Notes under the pieces: generated by a model
What the model was told of the DNA's origin: nothing
Database searches by the model: none
Seen by the model: only the letters and a program-made list of their open reading frames with translations
In this document: positions 17,732-25,652 of the stretch, piece after piece
How positions within the stretch are numbered: the stretch's first letter is position 1
How the letters are laid out: each line of letters starts with the position of its first letter
Translations under genes and position numbers: made by a program
Assembly: GCA_028698185.1 (NCBI GenBank)
Contig: JAQVDW010000002.1
Coordinates: forward strand, 120,001-152,000
Direction of reading: 5' to 3'
Length of the DNA: 32,000 nucleotides
DNA from: Erysipelotrichaceae bacterium
GTDB lineage: Bacteria > Bacillota_I > Bacilli_A > Erysipelotrichales > Coprobacillaceae

Positions 17732-17751
17732 TCGCCAGCTTCATTTTTTTC
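17721..17751 (+). terminator. pdxST terminator
   Basis: ATGAAGCT tgatcgcc AGCTTCAT followed by T7. It overlaps the pdxT stop. Confidence 0.8.
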
Positions 17752-17757
17752 TGATCA

Positions 17758-17786
17758 TATAAAAAAACCTTGATTGACTCAAGGTT
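17758..17786 (-). terminator. rpsF-ssb-rpsR operon terminator
   Basis: Minus strand reads AACCTTGA gtcaa TCAAGGTT TTTTTTAT. Confidence 0.8.
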
Positions 17787-17797
17787 TTGAAAGCTAA

Positions 17798-18028
17798 TTA
17801 TTCACCAACGTATGGTAATAAAGCCATTTGACGAGCGCGTTTGATTGCAGTAGCCAATTGTCTTTGATATTTAGCAGAAGTTCCAGTTACACGTCTAGGA
17901 ATGATTTTCCCGTTAGCTGAAACGAATTTCTTTAATAATTCAACATCTTTGTAATCGATGTAAGTGATTTTGTTTTTAGTGAAGAAACAAACTTTTTTTC
18001 TTCCCATTCTTGGTCTTCTAAATGCCAT
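17798..18028 (-). CDS. rpsR: 30S ribosomal protein S18
   Basis: 76 aa with [16 protein letters not shown]...[22 protein letters not shown]. Confidence 0.97.
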   Translation of the reverse strand: MAFRRPRMGRKKVCFFTKNKITYIDYKDVELLKKFVSANGKIIPRRVTGTSAKYQRQLATAIKRARQMALLPYVGE

Positions 18029-18046
18029 GAATTAAATCTCCTTTCA

Positions 18047-18562
18047 TTAAAACTCAATATCATCTTGCATGATATCGTAAATGTCGTCAGTATTGTCAAA
18101 ATCCTGTTCCAATTGGACAGTCCTCATATTGTACTGACTGTTGTCTTGTTGTGTAGTCTGATTGTAAGATGGTTGTTGTTGTTGATTAAACCCTTGATTG
18201 AAATCAAAAGCGGCAGGATTGCTCGTTTGCCGTTGGTTATTGGCATTTCGCGTATCCAGGAATTGCACCGAATCACAGACAACTTCAGTTACATATACTT
18301 TTTGTCCCTGATTGTTGTCATAGCTTCTAGTTTGCAGGCGTCCTGTGACACCAACCAATGAACCCTTTGAGCAATAGCGCTCAGTGTTTTCAGCCGGCTT
18401 ATTCCATACCACACAGTTGATAAAATCCGCATCAGGACCGTTGTCGCTCTTGAATGTACGGTTTACCGCCAATGTGAAGCTTGTAACTGCCGTTCCGCTA
18501 CCTGTTCTTCTTAACTCAGGATCTCTTGTCATTCTTCCAACTAAAACTACATTATTAATCAT
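18047..18562 (-). CDS. ssb: single-stranded DNA-binding protein
   Basis: 171 aa with an OB-fold N-terminus ([18 protein letters not shown]), a Q/N-rich linker and an acidic tip ...DDIEF. Confidence 0.95.
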   Translation of the reverse strand: MINNVVLVGRMTRDPELRRTGSGTAVTSFTLAVNRTFKSDNGPDADFINCVVWNKPAENTERYCSKGSLVGVTGRLQTRSYDNNQGQKVYVTEVVCDSVQFLDTRNANNQRQTSNPAAFDFNQGFNQQQQPSYNQTTQQDNSQYNMRTVQLEQDFDNTDDIYDIMQDDIEF

Positions 18563-18576
18563 TCTTTTTCTCCTTA

Positions 18577-18858
18577 TTATTTACGAAGAATTAAATGACG
18601 CATCATTGAAGCGTTGATTAATGATAAACGGTCGAATTCTTTTACGTTTTCAGCAGGACAAGTAACGTTTAAGATTACATAGTATCCTTTTTTGAAATCT
18701 TGAATTTCGTAAGCTAAGTCACGTAATCCCCATTCATCAACATTGTCGATTGTTCCACCGTTAACTTCTAATACTTTTTTGAATTGTTCAACTAAAGCAT
18801 TTCTAGCGTCGTCTTCAACGTTAGGTTTAACGATAAACATGATTTCGTATTTGTTCAT
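18577..18858 (-). CDS. rpsF: 30S ribosomal protein S6
   Basis: 93 aa beginning [17 protein letters not shown]. First gene of the S6-SSB-S18 operon. Confidence 0.95.
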   Translation of the reverse strand: MNKYEIMFIVKPNVEDDARNALVEQFKKVLEVNGGTIDNVDEWGLRDLAYEIQDFKKGYYVILNVTCPAENVKEFDRLSLINASMMRHLILRK

Positions 18859-18984
18859 TTCTATACCTCCTATGGACTATTGGCCTATTTTTTCAATAAG
18901 CAGGCTGTAAAATAATTTACATGCTCAAATAACATATCACATTCGAATTCGAAAATCAAGTCTTTATCAAATTAATTTGCGCTT

Positions 18985-19623
18985 CTATTTAATATCTTCG
19001 ATCGTTGTCAATTTAATATTCTCATAACTTCCCATAACGACGTGAACGTCATTTCGGGAAAATGCTTCGACCAGGGAAGCATCGTCAGTCGCCTGATAGC
19101 CTGCGTCTTTGGCTTTCAGGTAACATTCTTTGATCAATTCAGTTTTGAACGCTTGCGGTGTCTGGGCCTGGTAGAGGGTTTTCCGGTCGTATGTCTCGAT
19201 CACTTTGCCGTCCACCACTTTCTTGATCGTGTCCTTGACCGGAACCATCAAAAGGCAGGCATCCATTTTTTCCACTGTTTCCAACAGATTGTCAAGACAA
19301 TTACGGGGCACGTATGGCCGAGCTCCGTCATGGATCAACACATGGTCGCAGCGGACCAGTTTCAATCCTTCCAAAACACTGTCCTGACGTTCTTTCCCGC
19401 CATCCACAAATGTGAGCTTATCGTTTTCCACTATGACCTCGAAGATTTCCCGTTCTTCCGGTTTGGTTACCACGATAATTTCCTGACATCTATGATCATC
19501 AAGAAAAAGCTCCAATGTCTGTTGATAGACGGTCTTGCCGGCAATTTTATAGAGAACCTTATTATAACCCAGATCCATCCGGGTTCCCGAACCGGCGCAT
19601 AAAACAATAACACTGTACTTCAT
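18985..19623 (-). CDS. ispD: IspD/TarI family cytidylyltransferase (2-C-methyl-D-erythritol-4-P or ribitol-5-P)
   Basis: 212 aa with N-terminal VLCAGSGTRM and the overall IspD fold pattern. The substrate cannot be decided from sequence. Confidence 0.75.
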   Translation of the reverse strand: MKYSVIVLCAGSGTRMDLGYNKVLYKIAGKTVYQQTLELFLDDHRCQEIIVVTKPEEREIFEVIVENDKLTFVDGGKERQDSVLEGLKLVRCDHVLIHDGARPYVPRNCLDNLLETVEKMDACLLMVPVKDTIKKVVDGKVIETYDRKTLYQAQTPQAFKTELIKECYLKAKDAGYQATDDASLVEAFSRNDVHVVMGSYENIKLTTIEDIK

Positions 19624-19689
19624 TTGAATTTACCTCTCCTGTTCATTATATATTATTTTAAAACCTTTGTAACCATTTTCTAAAAATTT

Positions 19690-19698
19690 TGTTATAAT
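19690..19698 (+). promoter_or_regulatory. extended -10 promoter element for the alarmone synthetase gene
   Basis: TGtTATAAT. The first ATG of the tracked ORF (19697) lies inside this element, which supports the downstream start at 19718. Confidence 0.5.
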
Positions 19699-19717
19699 GA
19701 AAGTTGAGGTGAAATTT

Positions 19718-20428
19718 ATGCCAAACAAAATTATGAAGCGGGAAATCCGATCAGACATCAATTCATTTATGCTTTCAGAATCATTGGCTGATGTCTTCAG
19801 CGAATATCGGATTCTCGAGCAGGTTTACGCGGCCGGATTGAAGGAAGTCCAGACAAAACTCGAAATCCTGGATGACGAATTTTCAGTGAAGTATGACTAT
19901 AATCCCATCCATCACATGGAATACCGGCTCAAGTCGCCAAAGAGCATAGTCAAGAAAGTTAAGAAAAAAAACATCGAAGTAAATCTCCAGTCGATAGAAG
20001 AAAACTTGCTGGACATCGCCGGAATCCGGGTGATCTGCAATTACGAAAAAGACATCTATCGGATTTTCAATCTATTGACCAAACAGAACGATATCAAAAT
20101 TCTTGAAGTCAAAGACTATTTGAAAAATCCCAAACCGAGCGGTTACCGTTCCTTGCATCTTGTTGTTTCCATCCCGGTATTTTTGGCTGACAGCTGCCGG
20201 AATGTCCCGGTTGAAATCCAGATAAGAACTGTGGCCATGGATTACTGGGCTAGTCTGGAGCATCATCTGAAATACAAAAATGAAAACTCGATACCGGATG
20301 ATGTCAAAGAAAGGTTGCTTCAATGCGCCAACGTAATAGCCAGTGTCCAGAATGAGATGGAATCCATTCATAACGAACTTTACACTACTTCACATACCGA
20401 CGATCGCAAAAGCAAAAAACGCCCTTAA
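19718..20428 (+). CDS. small alarmone synthetase (RelQ/RelP-type GTP pyrophosphokinase)
   Basis: Start is MPNKIMKRE (ATG 19718), after GAGGTG. It is a RelA/SpoT synthetase domain only, with GIRVICNYEKDIY, SGYRSLHLVV and VEIQIRTVAMDYWASLEH. Confidence 0.88.
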   Translation: MPNKIMKREIRSDINSFMLSESLADVFSEYRILEQVYAAGLKEVQTKLEILDDEFSVKYDYNPIHHMEYRLKSPKSIVKKVKKKNIEVNLQSIEENLLDIAGIRVICNYEKDIYRIFNLLTKQNDIKILEVKDYLKNPKPSGYRSLHLVVSIPVFLADSCRNVPVEIQIRTVAMDYWASLEHHLKYKNENSIPDDVKERLLQCANVIASVQNEMESIHNELYTTSHTDDRKSKKRP

Positions 20429-20443
20429 TTTAGGCGTTTTTTA
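20417..20443. terminator. bidirectional terminator between the alarmone synthetase gene and lysA
   Basis: AAACGCC cttaattta GGCGTTT, flanked by an A-run and a T-run. It contains the synthetase stop codon. Confidence 0.75.
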
Positions 20444-21742
20444 TTATTCCACATCAAATGCGACCAAATCAGCGAATGTCTGGCGGCGTACAACCAATTC
20501 CGATTTTCCATTTTCGACAAAAACAACTGCCGGTTTAGGAAGCTGATTATAATTCGAAGACATTGAGTAATGGTAGGCACCGGTTGAGAAGCATGCCAGG
20601 ATGTCACCAGGTTTTGGATAAGCAAGCAGGATATCCTTGATCAGAATATCTCCCGACTCGCAGTTTTTCCCAGCAACCGTCACTTCTTCCAACGGTTCGT
20701 CACCGGCACGGTTGGCCACGACCGCGCCGTATTTGGCACCATAAAGGCTGGCGCGGATATTGTCCGTCATCCCGCCATCAACTGAAATATATTTGCGGAT
20801 ACCTTGGATTTCCTTGATTGAACCTACCGTATAAAGTGTTATTCCGGCATTTCCGACCACGAAACGTCCCGGTTCGATCAAAACCATCGGCATTGGCAAT
20901 TCGATCTTTGCGAACGCATCGCTCAACACTTTCATGATCGTTTCGGTGATTTTTACGAAATCCACCGGATGATCTTCCTTGGTATAGGCAATCCCATATC
21001 CGCCACCTGTATTCAATTTTTTCACGTTAACGCCTAACTGGTCATAGATTTCCTTTGTGATATCCACGAATTTGGCCAAAGCCAGCTCATATGCCTGGAT
21101 ATCCTCGATTTGGGAACCGATGTGGAAATGAATTCCTTCGAATTCCATATTCGGTGAAGCCAAAATCTGGCGGATTGCTGTCAGGTAAGATCCGTCATGG
21201 TTGGAAAAACCGAACTTGGTGTCTTTGGCACCGACCCGGATGAAATCATGACCACCGGCGTAAACGCCTGGTGTTATCCTGACAGTAGCCATTATTTTCT
21301 TTTGCATTCTTCTGGCGATCTCATTGCCTATTTCAATCTCATAGAAATTGTCGACCACAAAATGGGTGACGTTGTTTTCCAGGGCATATTCGATTTCACT
21401 TGGCAATTTGTTGTTGCCATGGAAATAGATTTTGTCCGGGTCATAACCGCTGGCCAAAGCGATTGAAATTTCTCCCGCTGAGACGCAGTCCAGTCCCACA
21501 CCATACTCTTTGGCGAGCTTGTACATTGCTTTGCATGAAAACGACTTAGAGGCGAACAACGGTAAAACATTGTCGTATTTCTCCAAAAAATCATTTTTCA
21601 GGTAACTCAACTGTTTGCGGATATGGCCTTTTGACATCACATATAATGGTGATCCATATTCTTTTACTAAATCCAAAGCACTGACCCCGTCAATATACAG
21701 GGTATTGTCTTTTACTGTTGCAAATTCTGTTTGAAAAAACAT
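20444..21742 (-). CDS. lysA: diaminopimelate decarboxylase
   Basis: 432 aa. PLP lysine context LFASKSF, GGGYGIAY and CESGD motifs. Confidence 0.93.
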   Translation of the reverse strand: MFFQTEFATVKDNTLYIDGVSALDLVKEYGSPLYVMSKGHIRKQLSYLKNDFLEKYDNVLPLFASKSFSCKAMYKLAKEYGVGLDCVSAGEISIALASGYDPDKIYFHGNNKLPSEIEYALENNVTHFVVDNFYEIEIGNEIARRMQKKIMATVRITPGVYAGGHDFIRVGAKDTKFGFSNHDGSYLTAIRQILASPNMEFEGIHFHIGSQIEDIQAYELALAKFVDITKEIYDQLGVNVKKLNTGGGYGIAYTKEDHPVDFVKITETIMKVLSDAFAKIELPMPMVLIEPGRFVVGNAGITLYTVGSIKEIQGIRKYISVDGGMTDNIRASLYGAKYGAVVANRAGDEPLEEVTVAGKNCESGDILIKDILLAYPKPGDILACFSTGAYHYSMSSNYNQLPKPAVVFVENGKSELVVRRQTFADLVAFDVE

Positions 21743-21752
21743 TCGATTCTCC

Positions 21753-22499
21753 TTAATATAAAGTTTTCAGGGTGTAAAGCCCTGCTTCTTTGTCTGCCAA
21801 TGAAAATGCAGCCGCGATAGATCCCTGGACAAAAACATCCTTGGATAAAGCTGTATGTTTCAATTCGACAATCTCATCTAGTCCGGCAAACATGATTTGA
21901 TGTTCGCCAAAGATAGTGCCACCACGCATCGCGCTGACTCCAATCTCATTCTTTTCTCTTTTCTGACGCACTTGGGAACGGTCATACACCGCGTGGGTAT
22001 CCTCGATCTTTTCATGCATCACATCGTAAAGCAAAACAGCCGTGCCGCTCGGAGCATCGATTTTCTGGTTGTGATGCTTTTCCAAAATCTCAATGTCGAA
22101 ACCATTATCGTAGAATTCCTTGGCTACCTGCTTCAAGATTTTGGTTACCATCTGGATTCCAAACGAAGTGTTGTATGATTGGAAGATTGCGCATGATTCG
22201 CTGGCCTTTTCCACCTTTTCCAACTGTTGAGCCGAAAGGCCGGTTGTCGCGAGCACCAATTTGGTCTTGGTCGCCACACAATATTCCAGGATATCGTCAA
22301 GATTGTTCGGGTGTGAGAAATCGATAATCACATCGGCAACATCCTGGAATTCCTTTAAAGAACGGTAAGTAGCGATGTCTTGGGGCTTGTTGTCAAAAAT
22401 AGGCGATATCACCCCTACCAGTTCCATGTTTTCATTTTCTTTAACCTTATTGACGATTTTTTGACCCATCAGGCCGTAACCATAAACTAGTGTCCGCAT
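21753..22499 (-). CDS. dapB: 4-hydroxy-tetrahydrodipicolinate reductase
   Basis: Start is MRTLVYGYGLMGQ (ATG 22497-22499), 1 nt after the dapA stop. It contains the EKHHNQKIDAPSGTA signature. Confidence 0.92.
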   Translation of the reverse strand: MRTLVYGYGLMGQKIVNKVKENENMELVGVISPIFDNKPQDIATYRSLKEFQDVADVIIDFSHPNNLDDILEYCVATKTKLVLATTGLSAQQLEKVEKASESCAIFQSYNTSFGIQMVTKILKQVAKEFYDNGFDIEILEKHHNQKIDAPSGTAVLLYDVMHEKIEDTHAVYDRSQVRQKREKNEIGVSAMRGGTIFGEHQIMFAGLDEIVELKHTALSKDVFVQGSIAAAFSLADKEAGLYTLKTLY

Positions 22500-22500
22500 C

Positions 22501-23394
22501 CTAATACCCCTTGCTTTCAAATATTTCCATTGTCGTGATTAATGTCGCCAATTTGTCCGGGCATGTCTCAATCAAAGGCAGACGGACCGTAGGTTTCATC
22601 AACCCCTTGTAGGCCAGTGCGGCCTTGGGCATGATAGGATTGACATCGATAAAGAGATTTCTCGAAACCGGCTCAAGATCATAGGCCAGTTCCCGTGCTT
22701 TGGCGTAATCATTGTTCAGGATGTAATCGCAAAGCAGTTGGCATTCGCGAGGATAGACATTCGAAAGCACCGAAATCACGCCCTTGGCTCCTGCAGCCAT
22801 CAAGGGCAGGATGTTGTCATCGCAGCCAGAGTAGACATCAAAATCATCATCACGTGTAGCAGAAAGAACCTGCATCGCATAGCTGATGTCATCTGTCGCA
22901 TCCTTGATTGCCACAATTCGGGGATGTTTTGCGAGTCGTTTTACGATGTCGACGCAAATATTCAATCCCGTTCTCCCTGGAACATTATAGACAATCATCG
23001 GCAGATCCGTCGTATCGGCAATCGCCGTGAAATGGCGATACAATCCTTCCTGACTGGTTTTATTGTAGTAAGGAGTGACAACCAGAATCCCGTCGACACC
23101 GGCTTTTTTGCAGTATAAAGCTTTTTTGATCGCTGTTCTTGTATCATTGGAACCGGCTCCGGAAATGACTTTGACATCATGTCCCTTGGCTTCTTCCATA
23201 GTGATATCGATCAGCTTGAATTCATCCTCGATATCGATTGTCGCTGTTTCCCCGGTTGTTCCGTTTACAAGAAGCGCTTTTACGCCACCTGAAATCATTC
23301 TTCTGATATGTTGCCGAAATCCTTCAAAGTCTATTTCGCCATTTTCATGCATTGGCAGCACCAAAGCCACTGCCGATCCTTCAAATAATGCCAT
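22501..23394 (-). CDS. dapA: 4-hydroxy-tetrahydrodipicolinate synthase
   Basis: 297 aa with GTTGE and the active-site lysine context VAIKDAT. Confidence 0.95.
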   Translation of the reverse strand: MALFEGSAVALVLPMHENGEIDFEGFRQHIRRMISGGVKALLVNGTTGETATIDIEDEFKLIDITMEEAKGHDVKVISGAGSNDTRTAIKKALYCKKAGVDGILVVTPYYNKTSQEGLYRHFTAIADTTDLPMIVYNVPGRTGLNICVDIVKRLAKHPRIVAIKDATDDISYAMQVLSATRDDDFDVYSGCDDNILPLMAAGAKGVISVLSNVYPRECQLLCDYILNNDYAKARELAYDLEPVSRNLFIDVNPIMPKAALAYKGLMKPTVRLPLIETCPDKLATLITTMEIFESKGY

Positions 23395-23868
23395 CTATTT
23401 TTCCTCCATGTTGAATGCTTCTTGAATTTTTTGAATTGCCAGCTGTTTGTTTTCCTTGTCGATCACAAACGATACTGTACGTTTCGAAGTCGATACTTGA
23501 TAGAAATGGATATTGTTGTCCCCTAATATGCTGAATATTTTCGCAGCCGCCCCTGGCGTGTCTTCCATCGCCCGGCCACCGACTGCCATCTTGAAGTATT
23601 TCTTCGACAATGCCACCTCGATGTCGGCAAATTCATCTTTCAAAGATACTATTGCCTGGTTGAGCTCCTTCTGGTACTTGTCGTCACACGTCAATTCCAG
23701 ATGCATCAGATCCTCGGTCATTACCTGGGAGATCATATCCAAATTAACTTTGGAGTCCGCCAAAATTTCAAAGATCCGGGCTATGTAACGTGGATGCTTT
23801 GGAACATTTACCAGTCGGATCTGGATAATGTTGTCTTCAATGCTGAATGAGTCGATTACTTTTTCCAT
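23395..23868 (-). CDS. stand-alone tandem ACT-domain protein (aspartokinase regulatory-subunit-like)
   Basis: Start is MEKVIDSF (ATG 23866-23868), after AAGGAG. The two ACT repeats resemble the aspartokinase C-terminus (VPKHPRYIARIFEILADSKVNLDMISQ and GRAMEDTPGAAAKIFSILGDNNIHFYQVSTS). No kinase domain. The stop abuts the dapA start. Confidence 0.8.
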   Translation of the reverse strand: MEKVIDSFSIEDNIIQIRLVNVPKHPRYIARIFEILADSKVNLDMISQVMTEDLMHLELTCDDKYQKELNQAIVSLKDEFADIEVALSKKYFKMAVGGRAMEDTPGAAAKIFSILGDNNIHFYQVSTSKRTVSFVIDKENKQLAIQKIQEAFNMEEK

Positions 23869-23885
23869 AAAATTTCTCCTTTTAT

Positions 23886-23920
23886 ATAAAAAAATGTTGC
23901 AACGAGATATCATTGCAACA
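23886..23920 (-). terminator. expression-platform terminator of the lysine riboswitch
   Basis: Minus strand reads GTTGCAA tgatatctc GTTGCAAC ATTTTTTT, just upstream of the SD of the ACT gene. Confidence 0.8.
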
Positions 23921-23936
23921 AAAAACGTCGACAAAT

Positions 23937-24095
23937 GATAGCTCACCATTACTTACGCAATGACAGTCCAGTAGATATTCTCTAAAGAACCAGGCGATAA
24001 TTTAATGCGCTAAATTACCCCTTCGGCAAAGTCCCCGCCACTAATACAAGTTCGCATTTTTCAATACTAGCTTCATGAACGTTTGCACCTCTATC
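23937..24095 (-). promoter_or_regulatory. lysine riboswitch (L-box) aptamer
   Basis: Minus-strand leader reads GATAGAGGTGC...AGCTAGTA...GGCGGGGAC TTTGCCGAAGGGG...CGCCTGG...GAGAA...CTGGACTGTCA...TGGTGAGCTATC. These match the conserved L-box blocks, and P1 is GATAG/CTATC. It lies upstream of lysine biosynthesis genes. Confidence 0.85.
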
Positions 24096-24107
24096 TAAAT
24101 TATGTAC

Positions 24108-24136
24108 AATATAACATATCAAATTCATCTTTACAA
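24108..24136 (-). promoter_or_regulatory. promoter of the L-box leader
   Basis: Minus strand reads TTGTAA (24131-24136), 17 nt spacer, TATATT (24108-24113), about 12 nt before the aptamer. Confidence 0.6.
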
Positions 24137-24324
24137 CCTTTTTTTCATAACTCAATTATATCATAGTAAAATCATAAGTACACCTGATATTTGGTTTAAA
24201 ATACAAATATATTTACAGACATGTATTATTTATGTACCAATTTGACTTAATTTTTTGTTGATATTCGATAGTTTAAAGTGTATGCTTTTTCTATATATTT
24301 ATTTTAGCTTACAAGGGAGCCATT

Positions 24325-25104
24325 ATGTTCAATTATTCAATCACTATTTGGTTTTTATATTTCTTTATCTATTGCTTTCTTGGTTGGATCTGGGAAACTT
24401 TTTACGAATCCGTTCGCAATGGCCACTATATCAACCGAGGCTTCTTGAATGGACCATTCATTCCCATTTACGGTTTTGGGGCCTTATTCTGCCTGATAAT
24501 TTATGATCTGGTGGCATCGAACATCTGGTTCTATCTAGTCGTTTCGATAATTTTGGCCACCATAATGGAACTAGTTACCGGACTGACCATGGAGAAAATC
24601 TTCAAGGTCCGCTATTGGGACTACTCACATATTCCTTGGAACATCAAGGGCTATATCGCGCCGCAAGTTTCGGTATTCTGGGGCCTGCTGTCGTTGCTGA
24701 TACCACGGTTCCTCCAGCCAAACATTTCCGGACTCGTTGAACGTTTCAACTACCAAACACTCGAAATTATCACATATGTTTTGACAATATATTTTGTGGT
24801 TGATTTGACCTTGTCGGTTGTCGACGCCCTGAATTTACGTCACATTCTGATGATTTTGGATGAGAATCAGCTGGTCAAAAAATATAAAAGCTATACGCAG
24901 TCACTGGAAAACAACGTCAGCAAGCTGTCGAAATTGTCAAAAGACAATTATGAATTCCTGGTCAAGAACTTTTACGACATCGACAACCGCACCAGTTCGC
25001 ACCGTCGTATTCTGGCCATGTTGAAGCGCAATCCGACCGCGGTATCCAAGAGATATTCCAAGGCGTTAAAACAAATTCAAAATCACCTTAAGAATCGTTT
25101 CTGA
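24325..25104 (+). CDS. DUF1113 / putative ABC-transporter type IV (CmpB-like) membrane protein
   Basis: 259 aa. The N-terminal FLYFFIYCFLGWIWETFYES and NRGFLNGPFIPIYGFGA are characteristic of this family. It has a charged C-terminal tail. Confidence 0.75.
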   Translation: MFNYSITIWFLYFFIYCFLGWIWETFYESVRNGHYINRGFLNGPFIPIYGFGALFCLIIYDLVASNIWFYLVVSIILATIMELVTGLTMEKIFKVRYWDYSHIPWNIKGYIAPQVSVFWGLLSLLIPRFLQPNISGLVERFNYQTLEIITYVLTIYFVVDLTLSVVDALNLRHILMILDENQLVKKYKSYTQSLENNVSKLSKLSKDNYEFLVKNFYDIDNRTSSHRRILAMLKRNPTAVSKRYSKALKQIQNHLKNRF

Positions 25105-25129
25105 TCATTAGATTGGAAACGATTTTTTC
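25093..25129 (+). terminator. terminator after the DUF1113 gene
   Basis: AATCGTTTC ...14 nt... GAAACGATT TTTTC. It overlaps the stop codon. Confidence 0.7.
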
Positions 25130-25143
25130 ACATTATTAATTAG

Positions 25144-25172
25144 TTGACAAACTATTTTATATAGCTTACTAT
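25144..25172 (+). promoter_or_regulatory. promoter of the marR-ABC operon
   Basis: TTGACA (25144-25149), 17 nt spacer, TACTAT (25167-25172). Confidence 0.6.
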
Positions 25173-25214
25173 ATATATTACATAGCGTGCTATGCAAGAT
25201 GGGAGGAGAACGGA

Positions 25215-25652
25215 ATGACTACATTCAGAGCCGGTTATTTGTTCAAAAAGATAACTGAAAAAATCGGATACAAACTAAACAGCGAACTGGAACAATACGA
25301 TTTGACACTTTCACAGCTGCGGGTATTGACCATGATCATTGACGCGCACAACGACAATCAGAGTATCGTCCAGAGGGATATCGAATCTGAACTCAAGCTT
25401 TCGAACCCGACGGTCACAGGCATAATCAAGAGGCTCGAACTTAAGGATTATGTCATCAAGAAGTCATGCAGCAATGACAAGCGGGCGAATTATCTGCTGC
25501 CGACCGCCAAGGCGATTGCAATAGGGAAAAAAATTCCGCAGATATTCGATAAAAGCTCCGAGCTCCTGCTTAGCTGCCTGTCAAAAGAGGAACAGGACAA
25601 TCTCAAAGATTACCTGAACCGCATACTTAAAAATTTGGAGGAACATTTATGA
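25215..25652 (+). CDS. MarR family transcriptional regulator
   Basis: 145 aa with winged-HTH pattern LTLSQLRVLTMI...LSNPTVTGIIKRLELKDYV. ATGA overlap with the next gene. Confidence 0.9.
   Translation: MTTFRAGYLFKKITEKIGYKLNSELEQYDLTLSQLRVLTMIIDAHNDNQSIVQRDIESELKLSNPTVTGIIKRLELKDYVIKKSCSNDKRANYLLPTAKAIAIGKKIPQIFDKSSELLLSCLSKEEQDNLKDYLNRILKNLEEHL

Noticed and set aside
24255-24506. ORF 24255..24506(+), 83 aa.
   Set aside because: It starts at a non-ATG codon in the promoter region and overlaps, out of frame, the DUF1113 gene, which has a proper SD and family motifs.
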